Assembly (NCBI GenBank): GCA_013334245.1
Contig: JAAXXZ010000005.1
Span: 1 to 59,602, forward strand
Direction: 5' to 3'
Length of the DNA: 59,602 bases
Source: Candidatus Moraniibacteriota bacterium
Lineage (GTDB): Bacteria; Patescibacteriota; Minisyncoccia; Moranbacterales; UBA1568
Every line of letters starts with the position of its first letter. Position 1 is the first letter of the stretch. Positions 46,758-56,547 of this stretch are shown one piece after another. The translations under genes were made by a program, and so were the position numbers. Under the pieces are notes generated by a model that did no database searches, was not told the origin of the DNA, and was given only the letters and a program-made list of their open reading frames with translations.

Positions 46758-46804
46758 TGTCCCATACGAAAAGCCTGTGACGGGCTTTTTTTGAAACAGG
46801 AAAT

Positions 46805-46987
46805 ATGCAGAAAATCATCGAATTTCTGAAGGAGGCGAAGGCGGAGCTGCTTCGGGTCGTCTGGCCGACGAAAGAGAGGATGATCCGGGATACGGCCATC
46901 GTGCTCGGCATCTCGCTTCTGACGGCGGTCTTTCTCGGGTTGCTCGACTTCCTGTTCGAGACGCTCGCGAAGAAGTTTCTTTTCTAG
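46805..46987 (+). CDS. secE: Preprotein translocase subunit SecE
   Basis: FLKEAKAELLRVVWPT plus one TM helix; upstream of nusG. Confidence 0.95.
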   Translation: MQKIIEFLKEAKAELLRVVWPTKERMIRDTAIVLGISLLTAVFLGLLDFLFETLAKKFLF

Positions 46988-47017
46988 CCGATAAACGTTT
47001 CTTTTTTCCCCAATCCT

Positions 47018-47563
47018 ATGGCGAAGCAGACACAACATCACGGTCGGGCCTGGTACGTGCTTCACACGTATTCCGGATACGAGGACAATGTCGCCCGAAA
47101 CCTCCGTCAGCGTATCGAGTCCATGGATATGCAGGACTACATCTTCGATATCCTGGTTCCGAAGGAGAAGAAGATCAAGATCAAGGCCGGCAAGCGCGTG
47201 ACCGTCGAGGAGCGCATCTATCCCGGATACGTGCTCGTGGACATGATGGTGACGGACGCGTCGTGGTATGTGGTCCGAAACACCCCGAACGTCACCGGGT
47301 TTATCGGTCTCGGCACGACGCCGACCCCGATCGATCCCAAGGAAATCGAGGCGCTCCGAAAGCGGATGGGCGTTTCCGAACCGAAGTACAAGGTGGATGT
47401 GCGCAAGGGCGACGTAGTGAAGGTGACGGACGGTCCGTTCAAGAATTTCGACGGGAAGGTGGAGGAAGTGGACGAGGAGAAGGGAAAGCTCAAGGTGTTC
47501 GTGTCCCTGTTCGGACGCGAGACGCCGGTGGAGCTGGACTTCCTGCAGGTGAAGAAGGCATAA
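47018..47563 (+). CDS. nusG: Transcription factor NusG
   Basis: WYVLHTYSGYE, YPGYVLV, VRNTPNVTGF, KOW domain, FGRETPVELDF. Confidence 0.98.
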   Translation: MAKQTQHHGRAWYVLHTYSGYEDNVARNLRQRIESMDMQDYIFDILVPKEKKIKIKAGKRVTVEERIYPGYVLVDMMVTDASWYVVRNTPNVTGFIGLGTTPTPIDPKEIEALRKRMGVSEPKYKVDVRKGDVVKVTDGPFKNFDGKVEEVDEEKGKLKVFVSLFGRETPVELDFLQVKKA

Positions 47564-47662
47564 GTTTTCAGTGGGTAACCAATAATCAGGAACCGATACT
47601 CATATCCAACTCTCTTCTCGGTATCGAAGATTGGATTTTGATGATTGGTGATTCATACGACT

Positions 47663-48088
47663 ATGGCAAAGGCGATCAAGACGGTCATCAAGTTGCAGAT
47701 TCCGGGCGGAAAGGCGAATCCGGCTCCTCCGGTCGGCCCGGCGCTCGGTCAGCACGGTCTGAATATCCAGGGATTCTGCATGCAGTTCAACGAGGCGACC
47801 AAGGATCGTCCCGGAGACGTCATCCCGGCGGAAATCACCGTGTACGAGGATCGCACGTTCGATTTCGTACTGAAGACCTCGCCGGCAGCGGAACTGCTGA
47901 AGAAGGCGGCCAAGGTGGAGAAAGGTGCCGCGAATCCGAAGAAAGACAAGGTGGGCATCGTCTCGATGGCACAGGTGCGCGAGATCGCGGAGAAGAAGAT
48001 GGAGGACCTGAACGCGAACGATGTGGATGCCGCGGCGAAGATCGTCGCCGGTACCGCCCGATCGATGGGCATCAAGGTGGAAGGCTAA
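47663..48088 (+). CDS. rplK: 50S ribosomal protein L11
   Basis: [15 protein letters not shown]...GTARSMG. Confidence 0.98.
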   Translation: MAKAIKTVIKLQIPGGKANPAPPVGPALGQHGLNIQGFCMQFNEATKDRPGDVIPAEITVYEDRTFDFVLKTSPAAELLKKAAKVEKGAANPKKDKVGIVSMAQVREIAEKKMEDLNANDVDAAAKIVAGTARSMGIKVEG

Positions 48089-48090
48089 AG

Positions 48091-48190
48091 AAGCTGTTAA
48101 GCTGCAAAGCTTCAGAAGCTGCGAGAGCTTTTCGGACGAGGTTTCTCAGGAAGCTTCAGAAGCTATCGAAGTTCACGAAGCTATCGTAGC
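48091..48190 (+). repeat. Degenerate 8-9-bp tandem AAGCT-core array between rplK and rplA
   Basis: AAGCTGTT AAGCTGCA AAGCTTCAG AAGCTGCG ... AAGCTTCAG AAGCTATCG AAGTTCACG AAGCTATCG. Confidence 0.7.
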
Positions 48191-48263
48191 CATCTCAAGT
48201 AATTAATTTTGTGGGAGATGCGGGTCGAAAGATCCGATCGTTATCACCACGAACGACAAGAAT

Positions 48264-48962
48264 ATGAAGCACGGGAAGAAATATCGCCAGGCAGCCGGGA
48301 AGATCGTCAGAAAGGAAGAATATTCGCTCGAGGATGCGATCGCGTTCCTGAAGGAGAACTCGGTGGCGAAGTTCGACGAGTCGATCGAGGTTCACATGCA
48401 CCTGTCCGTGAATCCGAAGAAGTCCGACGAGTCGGTCCGCGCGACGGTCGTCTTGCCGCACGGCACCGGTCGGGTCAAGAAGGTCGCCGTCGTGACGAGC
48501 GCCGCCGACAAGGCGAAGGAAGCGAAGGATGCCGGAGCGGTCGTCGTCGGCGGGGAAGAGGTCATCGCTTCCATCAAGGAAGGGAAACTCATGCCGGGTT
48601 CGGCGTTCGACATCATGCTGGCGACGCCCGAGATGATGCCGAAACTCGCGACCATCGCGAAGATCCTCGGCCCGAAGGGACTCATGCCTTCGCCGAAGAA
48701 CGAGACGGTCACGGCCAAGATCGCCGAGGCGGTCGAGATGCTTTCCAAGGGAAAGAAGGCCAGCTTCAAGAACGACGATTCCGGAAACGTCCATCAGGTC
48801 ATCGGGAAACTTTCCTTCTCGGCCGAAGAACTTTCCGCGAACTTCGCGACGTTCAGCGATGCCGTCCGCAAAGCGAAGCCGGAAACCCTCAAGGGGAAGT
48901 TCGTGCTTTCCGTCACGGTGTGCTCCACGATGGGCCCGGGCGTGTCCGTGAAGGCCGCGTAA
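48264..48962 (+). CDS. rplA: 50S ribosomal protein L1
   Basis: KFDESIE, LPHGTG, LGPKGLMPSPK, STMGPG. Confidence 0.98.
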   Translation: MKHGKKYRQAAGKIVRKEEYSLEDAIAFLKENSVAKFDESIEVHMHLSVNPKKSDESVRATVVLPHGTGRVKKVAVVTSAADKAKEAKDAGAVVVGGEEVIASIKEGKLMPGSAFDIMLATPEMMPKLATIAKILGPKGLMPSPKNETVTAKIAEAVEMLSKGKKASFKNDDSGNVHQVIGKLSFSAEELSANFATFSDAVRKAKPETLKGKFVLSVTVCSTMGPGVSVKAA

Positions 48963-48979
48963 AAACGCTCTACAGAAGG

Positions 48980-49009
48980 AAAACGGACCCTTTCCAGGGT
49001 CCGTTTTTT
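48980..49009 (+). terminator. Intrinsic terminator after rplA
   Basis: AAACGGACCC-TTTCCA-GGGTCCGTTT followed by a T run. Confidence 0.8.
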
Positions 49010-49173
49010 GATATATACTGGTCAGGCTAGAGGCAGAGTTCCTGGTCCGAAGTCGAAAGTCCGCAGAAGGTTCATTTAGGTCCATCGCGTATCGACTGAC
49101 TTTCAACTTTCAGACTTTCGCTGTAGACTGCGTTCTTTGGACTTTTCACTTTTCACTTGTAACCGTTACGAAT

Positions 49174-49752
49174 ATGATCCTCTCCGACCGCGACATCATC
49201 AGGGAACAGAAGAAGGGCGGTATCGTCATCAAGCCGTTCAAGCGCGAGCATGTCCAGCCGGCAAGCGTGGACCTGCACCTCGATCGGCATTTTCTCGTGT
49301 TCGACACGACGCACAACTTCGTGATCGATCCGAAGGCGCCGGCGGAAGGACTTATGAAACCGGTGGAAATCACCAAGAACGAGCCCTTCATCCTTCATCC
49401 CGGCGAGTTCGCGCTCGGACTCATCGCCGAGGAGACCGGCGTGTCCGACAGCTTCGTCGGCCGCCTCGAAGGAAAGAGTTCGCTCGGTCGCCTGGGACTC
49501 ATCATCCACACGACCGCGGGGTATCTCGACCCGGGCAACTCGCTTCACCTCACGCTCGAGCTCTTCAACGCGGGCCGGCTCCCGATCAAGCTCCACTATG
49601 GCATGTCGATCGGTCAGATCGCCTTTGAGCCGCTCTCGTCGCCCTGCGAGCGCCCGTACGGCTCCAAGGGACTCAATAGCAAGTACTACGGCGACAAGAA
49701 GCCGATGGCCTCGAAAATGTATCTCAATTTCAAGAAAAAGGGAGGCAAATAG
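49174..49752 (+). CDS. dcd: dCTP deaminase
   Basis: ILSDRDI, QPASVDLHL, EGKSSLGRLGL, TAGYLDPG, TLEL, IGQI, SKY. Confidence 0.95.
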   Translation: MILSDRDIIREQKKGGIVIKPFKREHVQPASVDLHLDRHFLVFDTTHNFVIDPKAPAEGLMKPVEITKNEPFILHPGEFALGLIAEETGVSDSFVGRLEGKSSLGRLGLIIHTTAGYLDPGNSLHLTLELFNAGRLPIKLHYGMSIGQIAFEPLSSPCERPYGSKGLNSKYYGDKKPMASKMYLNFKKKGGK

Positions 49753-49788
49753 CCTTTCTTTTTGGTTAGAATGATGTATTAAACTAAT

Positions 49789-50514
49789 ATGAGGGAATAT
49801 AAGTCGCTTAATTTTGTATATATTCAGTTGATCGTATTAGTGTCAGTGGGGATTTCTTTTGTCGTTTTCTATTTTACTAAGTTCTCTCTATATATTGAGT
49901 TGCCATTCGGACTCGTTGTAGCAACTATTTTAGTCGTCGTTTTCTGGGAGAGTAGAGATAAAATTCTGGAAACGATACTATCTGAAGGATTGAAAGATCG
50001 GTATGGGACACTGATTATAAAATGGAAGTCACGTGGAATCGATAGTTTTTTAGGTGACGACGTAATCCAACTACTTCATGATTCGGAAAAATTGATCGAT
50101 ACATATGAATCAGCATTGTTAAACGATAGAATAGGGATGAATACTTATAGCGATTATTCCTTTCTATTATTGCCTGCAGCGAAAGCACTAGAAGGGACGA
50201 TGAAAAAGGCTCTGATTAAAATGGGATATATAAAAGATATTGAGTTAAAAGAAAACCCATCAATTAATGTGGGAGGTATTTTTAATCCTGTTGGTAATAC
50301 GAATATTTCAAATAATCTAAAAGACAAAAATCGCGACAAATCGGTGCCACATGAAATATATGCTACTTATCAGCAGTGCAGGAATCATATTCTTCACTAT
50401 GACTTGTTTAGTGATTCGAAAGTTCGTACAGTTGCAGCAAGTCGTGTGATGTTGAGTCGTATCGAAATGTGCATTGAAAACATGTACTATAAATTCAATT
50501 TGAAAAAAAAGTAG
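49789..50514 (+). CDS. Membrane-anchored HEPN protein, RnlA (RNase LS)-like C-terminal domain; AT-rich
   Basis: Two N-terminal TM helices; DYSFLLLPAAKALEG and Rx4H motif RNHILH. Confidence 0.65.
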   Translation: MREYKSLNFVYIQLIVLVSVGISFVVFYFTKFSLYIELPFGLVVATILVVVFWESRDKILETILSEGLKDRYGTLIIKWKSRGIDSFLGDDVIQLLHDSEKLIDTYESALLNDRIGMNTYSDYSFLLLPAAKALEGTMKKALIKMGYIKDIELKENPSINVGGIFNPVGNTNISNNLKDKNRDKSVPHEIYATYQQCRNHILHYDLFSDSKVRTVAASRVMLSRIEMCIENMYYKFNLKKK

Positions 50515-50619
50515 GAAGAATATCATTATATTGAAGTTCTGCTTTGCTTCTCGTATTGAAAAGTGGTCCTCTGACCGGATGTCGAGTTTTCAGAGAAAGT
50601 AAGATATTTCCATCCGCTA

Positions 50620-51237
50620 TTGATAATGAAGAAACCTATGAGTGAAATCAAAGCAGTCCTGTTGGATGCCGACGGTCTGATGTTTAAGAAACAGCGGTAT
50701 TTCAGCGAAATCCTGTACGAGAAGTACGGTGTTCCGGCCGAGTCGATCATTCCGTTCTTTAAGACGCGGTTCAGGGATTGTCAGAAGGCGACTGCCGATC
50801 TGAAAGAAGAGCTGGTGCCGTTTCTGAAACAGTGGAAGTGGGAGGGTGATATCGAGAGCTTTCTTGCATATTGGTTTTCCTTCTGTGTCGTCGATGAAGA
50901 CGTTTTGAATGCCGTCCGGGAATTGCGGGCCAAGGGGCTGAAATGCTATCTGGTGACCGATCAGGAAAAATACAGGGCCGAATATATCAAGAAGAATCTC
51001 GGACTGGAGCGCGAGCTCGACGGGTTCTTCTTTTCGTTCGAGTTGGGCCTCTCGAAGTCAGACTCGCGATTTTTTGGAGTTATCCTGGAGAAACTGGGCC
51101 TTTCTCCTGAAGAGGTCATCCTTTTCGACGATGAGGAAGAAAATATCGAAATTGCAAAAAGTCTCGGGATCACATCGGTTCTCGTGGAAGACGGAGAGAA
51201 TTTTAGGGATGTCGTGAAGCAGAATGTGCTGGCATAA
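50620..51237 (+). CDS. HAD-superfamily hydrolase
   Basis: VLLDADG (DxD), LVTDQ, GLSKSD, LFDDEEENI. Confidence 0.88.
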   Translation: MIMKKPMSEIKAVLLDADGLMFKKQRYFSEILYEKYGVPAESIIPFFKTRFRDCQKATADLKEELVPFLKQWKWEGDIESFLAYWFSFCVVDEDVLNAVRELRAKGLKCYLVTDQEKYRAEYIKKNLGLERELDGFFFSFELGLSKSDSRFFGVILEKLGLSPEEVILFDDEEENIEIAKSLGITSVLVEDGENFRDVVKQNVLA

Positions 51238-51429
51238 AAACTGAGGAAAAGTGCTTTCATTTTGTTTTCGCTGAAATTGGAAAGTTATAGAAATATTAGC
51301 TTAATTAACTGCATAAATTAACAAAAATAAAAGTAGAGGGAGTTTTGTAAGAAAATTACATGTATGCATTTCTCCAATTTTCGTTTTGTATAAAAGAGTT
51401 GATGATTACAATGGGCTAACTAAACTAGT

Positions 51430-52347
51430 ATGATTGAGACTTCCACTAATACTGAAAATTCAGACTTTTTACAGTCATTCTCACATGTCATCAAGGGTCG
51501 TTTTTTGGATGAAGCTAAGAAAACAAAGCTAGATTTATTTGTTCTCAATATAAGTGCGAATGAATTTGATTATGAGACATTTAAGACAAGGCTAGTAGAT
51601 CTTGTTGTTGATTTTGCATTATCTAGAAAAGTTAAAAATAAATATAAAGACAAGCCCGTAACATTGGCGAACCGTGCGAAAGATAAATTTAAGAAAGGAA
51701 TAAATAGGGGAGAGTTAGGAGAGTTTCTTTTGTTTTGTTTTCTAGAGAATCATCTAAAAGCTCCAAAAATACTTACTAAACTCGAACTAAAAACGTCAAC
51801 AAGCACGTACGTTCATGGATCCGATGGTGTGCATTTCTTAAAACTAGATAATGGTAACTTTCAGCTGATTTTTGGAGAATCAAAAACAAAATTAAGACTC
51901 ACAGATGCCTTGAGCGATGCATTTCAGTCGATCCATGAGTTCAAAACTTGTAGAAATACAAATGGAAATACAAAAAGCGGACTTCCATATGAAAAATGTC
52001 TTATTAATGATGAGATCGAAAAGGAGGCATTTTCAAAAGAAGAAATGGACTTTATAGAACGCCTTATTTATCCGAGAGCGGATAGTGAATTCGAGGTTGA
52101 CGATGCATTTGGAATATTTGTTGGATATGATATTCAAATTTCAGAAGATGAAAAAAAGTTGCCAAATTTTGATTTCAGAAGATTGATTGAAGAAAAAATA
52201 ATAAAAGAGGTTGAGAATAAGATTCCACATATCAGCAAAAAAATAAATGAGTATGATTTAACAGGACACCACTTCTATATCTATATTATGCCGTTCACTC
52301 AGCTAAAAATAAATAGAAAAGACATAACAGGACATATTACTGCCTAA
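51430..52347 (+). CDS. hamA: Hachiman antiphage protein HamA (DUF1837)
   Basis: GELGEFLLF, KLELKT, HGSDGVH, FGESK; directly upstream of a Ski2-like helicase; very AT-rich. Confidence 0.88.
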   Translation: MIETSTNTENSDFLQSFSHVIKGRFLDEAKKTKLDLFVLNISANEFDYETFKTRLVDLVVDFALSRKVKNKYKDKPVTLANRAKDKFKKGINRGELGEFLLFCFLENHLKAPKILTKLELKTSTSTYVHGSDGVHFLKLDNGNFQLIFGESKTKLRLTDALSDAFQSIHEFKTCRNTNGNTKSGLPYEKCLINDEIEKEAFSKEEMDFIERLIYPRADSEFEVDDAFGIFVGYDIQISEDEKKLPNFDFRRLIEEKIIKEVENKIPHISKKINEYDLTGHHFYIYIMPFTQLKINRKDITGHITA

Positions 52348-52350
52348 TAT

Positions 52351-54894
52351 ATGTTTGAAAAACTTGCAAAAAAAGCCTTAAAAGACGAATACTTTTTAAA
52401 GATATTTCAGAAAGCGGAACTAAATAATGCTAATCAATTCTTTCACAATTTAGACAGTGTTCAGGAATTATCAGAGAAAGAATTTGTTGATCTGATGCGA
52501 TTCGCAGATATCTTTTCGCATTCAAAAAAGTCGGAAGCAAAAAATCTTGCATATAAAATTATTTGCCTTTTAATGCGCGATAAGCGTGATGATGAGACTT
52601 TTAAAATCGTTGCAGCTGCAGTTCTTGTAAAATTAGGAAACTTTCCGGCATTGAGATTATTATCTGAGCAATATAGCTTTGTGGAAAGACTGCCATTTGA
52701 AAGAGAAATTGAAAAAAACATAAAAGAGGAAATGCAAAAGGTACCCCATACTAATAAGGTCTTTACTGACTCACAATATGAAATATTTGAGGCATTAAAA
52801 AACAATAATCACTTTAGTTTTTCTGGCCCTACTTCGCTTGGGAAATCATTTATTATTGAATCGTTTATTCATTATCTTGCTTCGGAGCAAGGATCGGAAG
52901 AGAATATGATTGTTTTGGTTCCGACAAGAGCGTTGATAAACCAAGTGTCATTGAAGCTCAAGAATGATTTAAAAGACATTAAGAATTATAGGGTTCTTAC
53001 TCATCCAATAGTTCCAGAACTATTTAGGAAGGGACGAGACAAATTTATTTTTGTATTCACTCCGGAGAGATTGATTTCATTTTTGTCCGATAATAATAAT
53101 CCAAGAATAGGATATTTATTTATTGACGAGGCACAAAAAATTACTTCAAGAAAAGACAATAGAAGTCCTTTGTACTATCATGCAATCTTGCAGGCAGAAA
53201 GAAAGTCAATAAAACTATATTTTTCGTCTCCGAATATTCCAAATCCTGAGATATTTCTTCAAATGTTCGAAAAAAGTACGGATGAAACAATAACAATTAA
53301 AGATTCTCCGGTTGCTCAAAATAGATATTTCATTGACTTAGTTGAAGGGAAGGCCGTTTTCTTTTCAGAAAATCGGAAAAGAATAGAGATCCACACCGAC
53401 TTAAACGGGAGAGACTTCTTTTCATGTCTAAATATGCTCGGAAGCAATGAACAAAACATAATATATTGCAATACAATTGATGATACGATTAAATATGCGC
53501 TTGATTATTCTAGCGCGATAGATGCTGTAGTAAACCCAAAAATCAATGATCTGATAAAATTGATTGAAGAATATTTACACAGAGAATATTACTTAATTGA
53601 TTGTTTGAAAAAGGGCGTAGCTTTTCATTTTGGTAAATTACCACAAAGGATAAGAGTTCGGGTGGAGGAACTGTTTAGAGAAGGAATAATAACAAATATA
53701 TTTTGTACCTCTACATTATTAGAGGGCGTAAATTTACCCGCTAAAAATATATTTATTCTTAGTAATGCTATAGGGCTTTCAAAATTTACAGACATAGATT
53801 TTTGGAATTTAGCAGGAAGGGCTGGAAGACTAACAAAAGAACTTTCAGGAAATATTGTATGTGTAAGGGCAGAGAATAAAAAAAACCGCTGGAATAACCC
53901 CGAAAGAAATTTATCTATTGTAGAAGAACAAACTATTAAGCCAGTCAAACCCCTTGTTATTGGAGGACAAGGAAATTTTTTTAAAAATCTTGAGAATTCG
54001 CTAAAACAAGAAAATTTTAGTAATGAAAACGCATCGCAAAAAGAGAAAGATATTTGGAACTACTACGCCAATATCGCACTAATTCATGAGATCAGAAAAG
54101 ATGAATCTGTTCTAAAGGCAAATTTTATTGAAAAGAATGGCAATGCGCGAGAACTATTAAGACGGGAAAAAGAAAAGAATAAAGTACCCGATAAGATCTT
54201 GTCGGCATCTTCTACAATAAAAGCGACATATCAGAATCAAATTTTTGAAAAAGTGACAAGGGAAGACATTTTGCCAAATGTTGTTGATTATGAGGTAGCA
54301 AAAAATCAACTTGAAAAGATTTACGAATATTATTCCTGGGATATAGAAGAAAACGGTGGGAAAAATCCATTGGTAAATAAGGGAAGTATAAACATTCTGA
54401 AATATTATGCGATGCTGATGAACTCGTGGATAAATTCTGATCCTATTAGCAAGATTATTTTAACTACGTTAAAATATTATCAACAAAACGGAGTAGACAT
54501 AGCCGTAGGGAAAAACAAAATTGTTTTTGATGGCGGAGATAAAAGACATATCAATTTCGTTATTAACAAATTAATGGGAGATATAGAGAATATTTTAAGA
54601 TTTAAATTAGAAAAATATTTTAATAATTATTATCTTATATTAACGGAAAAACTTGGGGAATTTAATGCAGGAGCAAACTGGGCAGAGTTTTTAGAATATG
54701 GTACGACGGACAGGAAAGTGATTGAACTTCAAAACATAGGATTTTCTCGACATTTTTCAAAGTATATACTAGAAAGACACGGTGACTGCCTTTCTTTCGA
54801 AAATGAAATATTGGATAGAATAGACTATTCAAAGCTAGAAAGAGAACTGGATAAAAAGAGTGACGAGTATCAAGAGTATAAAGAGCTATGTTAA
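52351..54894 (+). CDS. hamB: Hachiman DEAD/DEAH helicase HamB
   Basis: GPTSLGKS, DEAQ, TSTLLEGVNLPA, NLAGRAGR; 3 nt after hamA. Confidence 0.88.
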   Translation: MFEKLAKKALKDEYFLKIFQKAELNNANQFFHNLDSVQELSEKEFVDLMRFADIFSHSKKSEAKNLAYKIICLLMRDKRDDETFKIVAAAVLVKLGNFPALRLLSEQYSFVERLPFEREIEKNIKEEMQKVPHTNKVFTDSQYEIFEALKNNNHFSFSGPTSLGKSFIIESFIHYLASEQGSEENMIVLVPTRALINQVSLKLKNDLKDIKNYRVLTHPIVPELFRKGRDKFIFVFTPERLISFLSDNNNPRIGYLFIDEAQKITSRKDNRSPLYYHAILQAERKSIKLYFSSPNIPNPEIFLQMFEKSTDETITIKDSPVAQNRYFIDLVEGKAVFFSENRKRIEIHTDLNGRDFFSCLNMLGSNEQNIIYCNTIDDTIKYALDYSSAIDAVVNPKINDLIKLIEEYLHREYYLIDCLKKGVAFHFGKLPQRIRVRVEELFREGIITNIFCTSTLLEGVNLPAKNIFILSNAIGLSKFTDIDFWNLAGRAGRLTKELSGNIVCVRAENKKNRWNNPERNLSIVEEQTIKPVKPLVIGGQGNFFKNLENSLKQENFSNENASQKEKDIWNYYANIALIHEIRKDESVLKANFIEKNGNARELLRREKEKNKVPDKILSASSTIKATYQNQIFEKVTREDILPNVVDYEVAKNQLEKIYEYYSWDIEENGGKNPLVNKGSINILKYYAMLMNSWINSDPISKIILTTLKYYQQNGVDIAVGKNKIVFDGGDKRHINFVINKLMGDIENILRFKLEKYFNNYYLILTEKLGEFNAGANWAEFLEYGTTDRKVIELQNIGFSRHFSKYILERHGDCLSFENEILDRIDYSKLERELDKKSDEYQEYKELC

Positions 54895-54941
54895 TTGATT
54901 GTCATGTTCATAATTGAATCGGAAAAGGGGTCAGGTACGGG

Positions 54942-55391
54942 GTGATAAGTGATTATATGAACCTGATCAGCGCGACGGAAGACAATATCCCCGTACTGAC
55001 CGCGATCGAGGAGACCGCGAAGGATCTTATCGTTTACAACTGGGGCTTCACCGACGAGGAGATGCGGCAGTGGATCCGTGACGAGACCGTCTATCTCATA
55101 GAGGAAGACGGAACGATCGTCGGGGATATCTCCTACCGGGTGAAGGACGCCGACCATGCTTACGTGAGCGGACTTATCATCGCGCCCGAGTTTCAACGGA
55201 GGGGACTGGCACGAAAGGCGATGGGGATGCTCCTTGAGGAATTACGGGAATTCGATCGCGTGAGCCTCGACGTTCATCCGGACAATCACGCCGTGAAACT
55301 CTACGAGTCGCTCGGCTTCGTCGCCACGGAGCGCAAGGAAAATTTCTATGGCGATGGGGAACCTCGGATGATTATGGTCAAAGTCGGATGA
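54942..55391 (+). CDS. GNAT-family N-acetyltransferase
   Basis: IAPEFQRRGLAR, N.HAVKLYESLGF. Confidence 0.9.
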   Translation: MISDYMNLISATEDNIPVLTAIEETAKDLIVYNWGFTDEEMRQWIRDETVYLIEEDGTIVGDISYRVKDADHAYVSGLIIAPEFQRRGLARKAMGMLLEELREFDRVSLDVHPDNHAVKLYESLGFVATERKENFYGDGEPRMIMVKVG

Positions 55392-55398
55392 ATGCGAT

Positions 55399-55752
55399 AT
55401 GATTCAAGATAATTTTCATATGCCTATGAGTCCATTTTCTCCCGAATCATCCGAAGGCCTGTCGAAGTCGAATTATTATGAGGAGCGGAAGGCGAAGGAA
55501 TACGAAGCACTCCGGGCCATGTCGGAGGTATTGGGATTGACGATAGTAAGGGAAGACAAACTGAACGGGACCCATGCGATCGTGGTCGATAACGGCGACG
55601 GCGAGGAAGTATATATCGGCTTTCCTGATGGAATGCGTAGCGCCGACGGGACCATGACGCGAAAGCCGGCAGCGACGGGGAAGATTTATACGCCACGGAT
55701 ACGGATGTCCCCGTACGGTCACGGAATCTGGCGATTCGGTATCGACATCTGA
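55399..55752 (+). CDS. Hypothetical protein
   Basis: 117-aa ORF 7 nt after the GNAT gene; no recognised motif. Confidence 0.55.
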   Translation: MIQDNFHMPMSPFSPESSEGLSKSNYYEERKAKEYEALRAMSEVLGLTIVREDKLNGTHAIVVDNGDGEEVYIGFPDGMRSADGTMTRKPAATGKIYTPRIRMSPYGHGIWRFGIDI

Positions 55753-55812
55753 AGCTGGTGGCGCGGCACGATAGGAGCCTTCCGGCAGGTTGGAAACAGG
55801 ATTTTCCGATTT

Positions 55813-55943
55813 CGCCTGAAATCCGAAAAATCAGAAAACGAGGCTTATCCGAGACTCTTTTTTTCAGTGAAATCGAAAAGGAGTGGTTTGAAACGAAAAA
55901 GCCTCCCCGTAGTCATCTCGCGATGATCCGAGCGGAGAGGCTT
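55813..55943. repeat. ~130-bp dispersed intergenic element, copy A
   Basis: Aligns with 58225-58353, sharing GAAAAGGAGTGGTTTGAAACGAAAAAGCCTCCCCGT, and partly with 57241-57316. Confidence 0.85.
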
Positions 55944-55977
55944 GAGAAGAGGATTATCGGGTATGCTTTTCGATGTG

Positions 55978-56235
55978 TCAGCACCACCCGAAATAAATGG
56001 CCTACAGGACCCATTTGTCGTAGTCGGCCGAGAGGCAACTGATCTGTGCTCATATGCGGCTGTACCGCAGGAAGGCTAGGTTGAGATCGAACCATCTGAA
56101 ATGCCGAATGACCGGAAGTTGGAGAAACCAGTGAGCCTTTTCAGGAAGTACCCATTCTTCCTTTTCCTGGTCTTTTTTCCAGAGCTCATCCAACTCCTTC
56201 GTGGAGAGTTTCTTCTCCTTTTCCTCTCCCCCCAT
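55978..56235 (-). pseudogene. Small orphan gene with two probable in-frame nonsense codons
   Basis: GGGAG RBS and an upstream TATAAT. The frame continues past TGA (56050-52) and TAG (56002-04) to TGA (55978-80), just before the terminator hairpin. Confidence 0.45.
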
Positions 56236-56547
56236 CGCGATCTCCCGGTTATTGCGTTTGTGAAATATTTAAGTTGCGATAATAGATGATGTATCATTAT
56301 AGCGCTAGCAGACGTTTAGCTAATGTTCTGGACGGAGGAATCAGGAAGATATCGGGCAACCAGAGACGCGGCTACGTTTTCCGAGACAGTCGGCCGTTTC
56401 CCATGTCATGTCTATAAGGGAAGTAGGGATGTTCGCGGACCGGGATCGGACCTGTGTCGCAACTGCACGGGTCTTTTCCGTCGATAATTCCGGATCCAAA
56501 AAAACGATACAATAAGGACCCCCGCGTTTCAACAGGGGTCCGAGTCG

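Noticed and set aside
49174-49752. Antiphage dCTP deaminase
   Set aside because: It belongs to the trimeric dUTPase-fold housekeeping Dcd family, has host-like GC content and lacks the zinc-dependent deaminase motifs of the defence enzymes.
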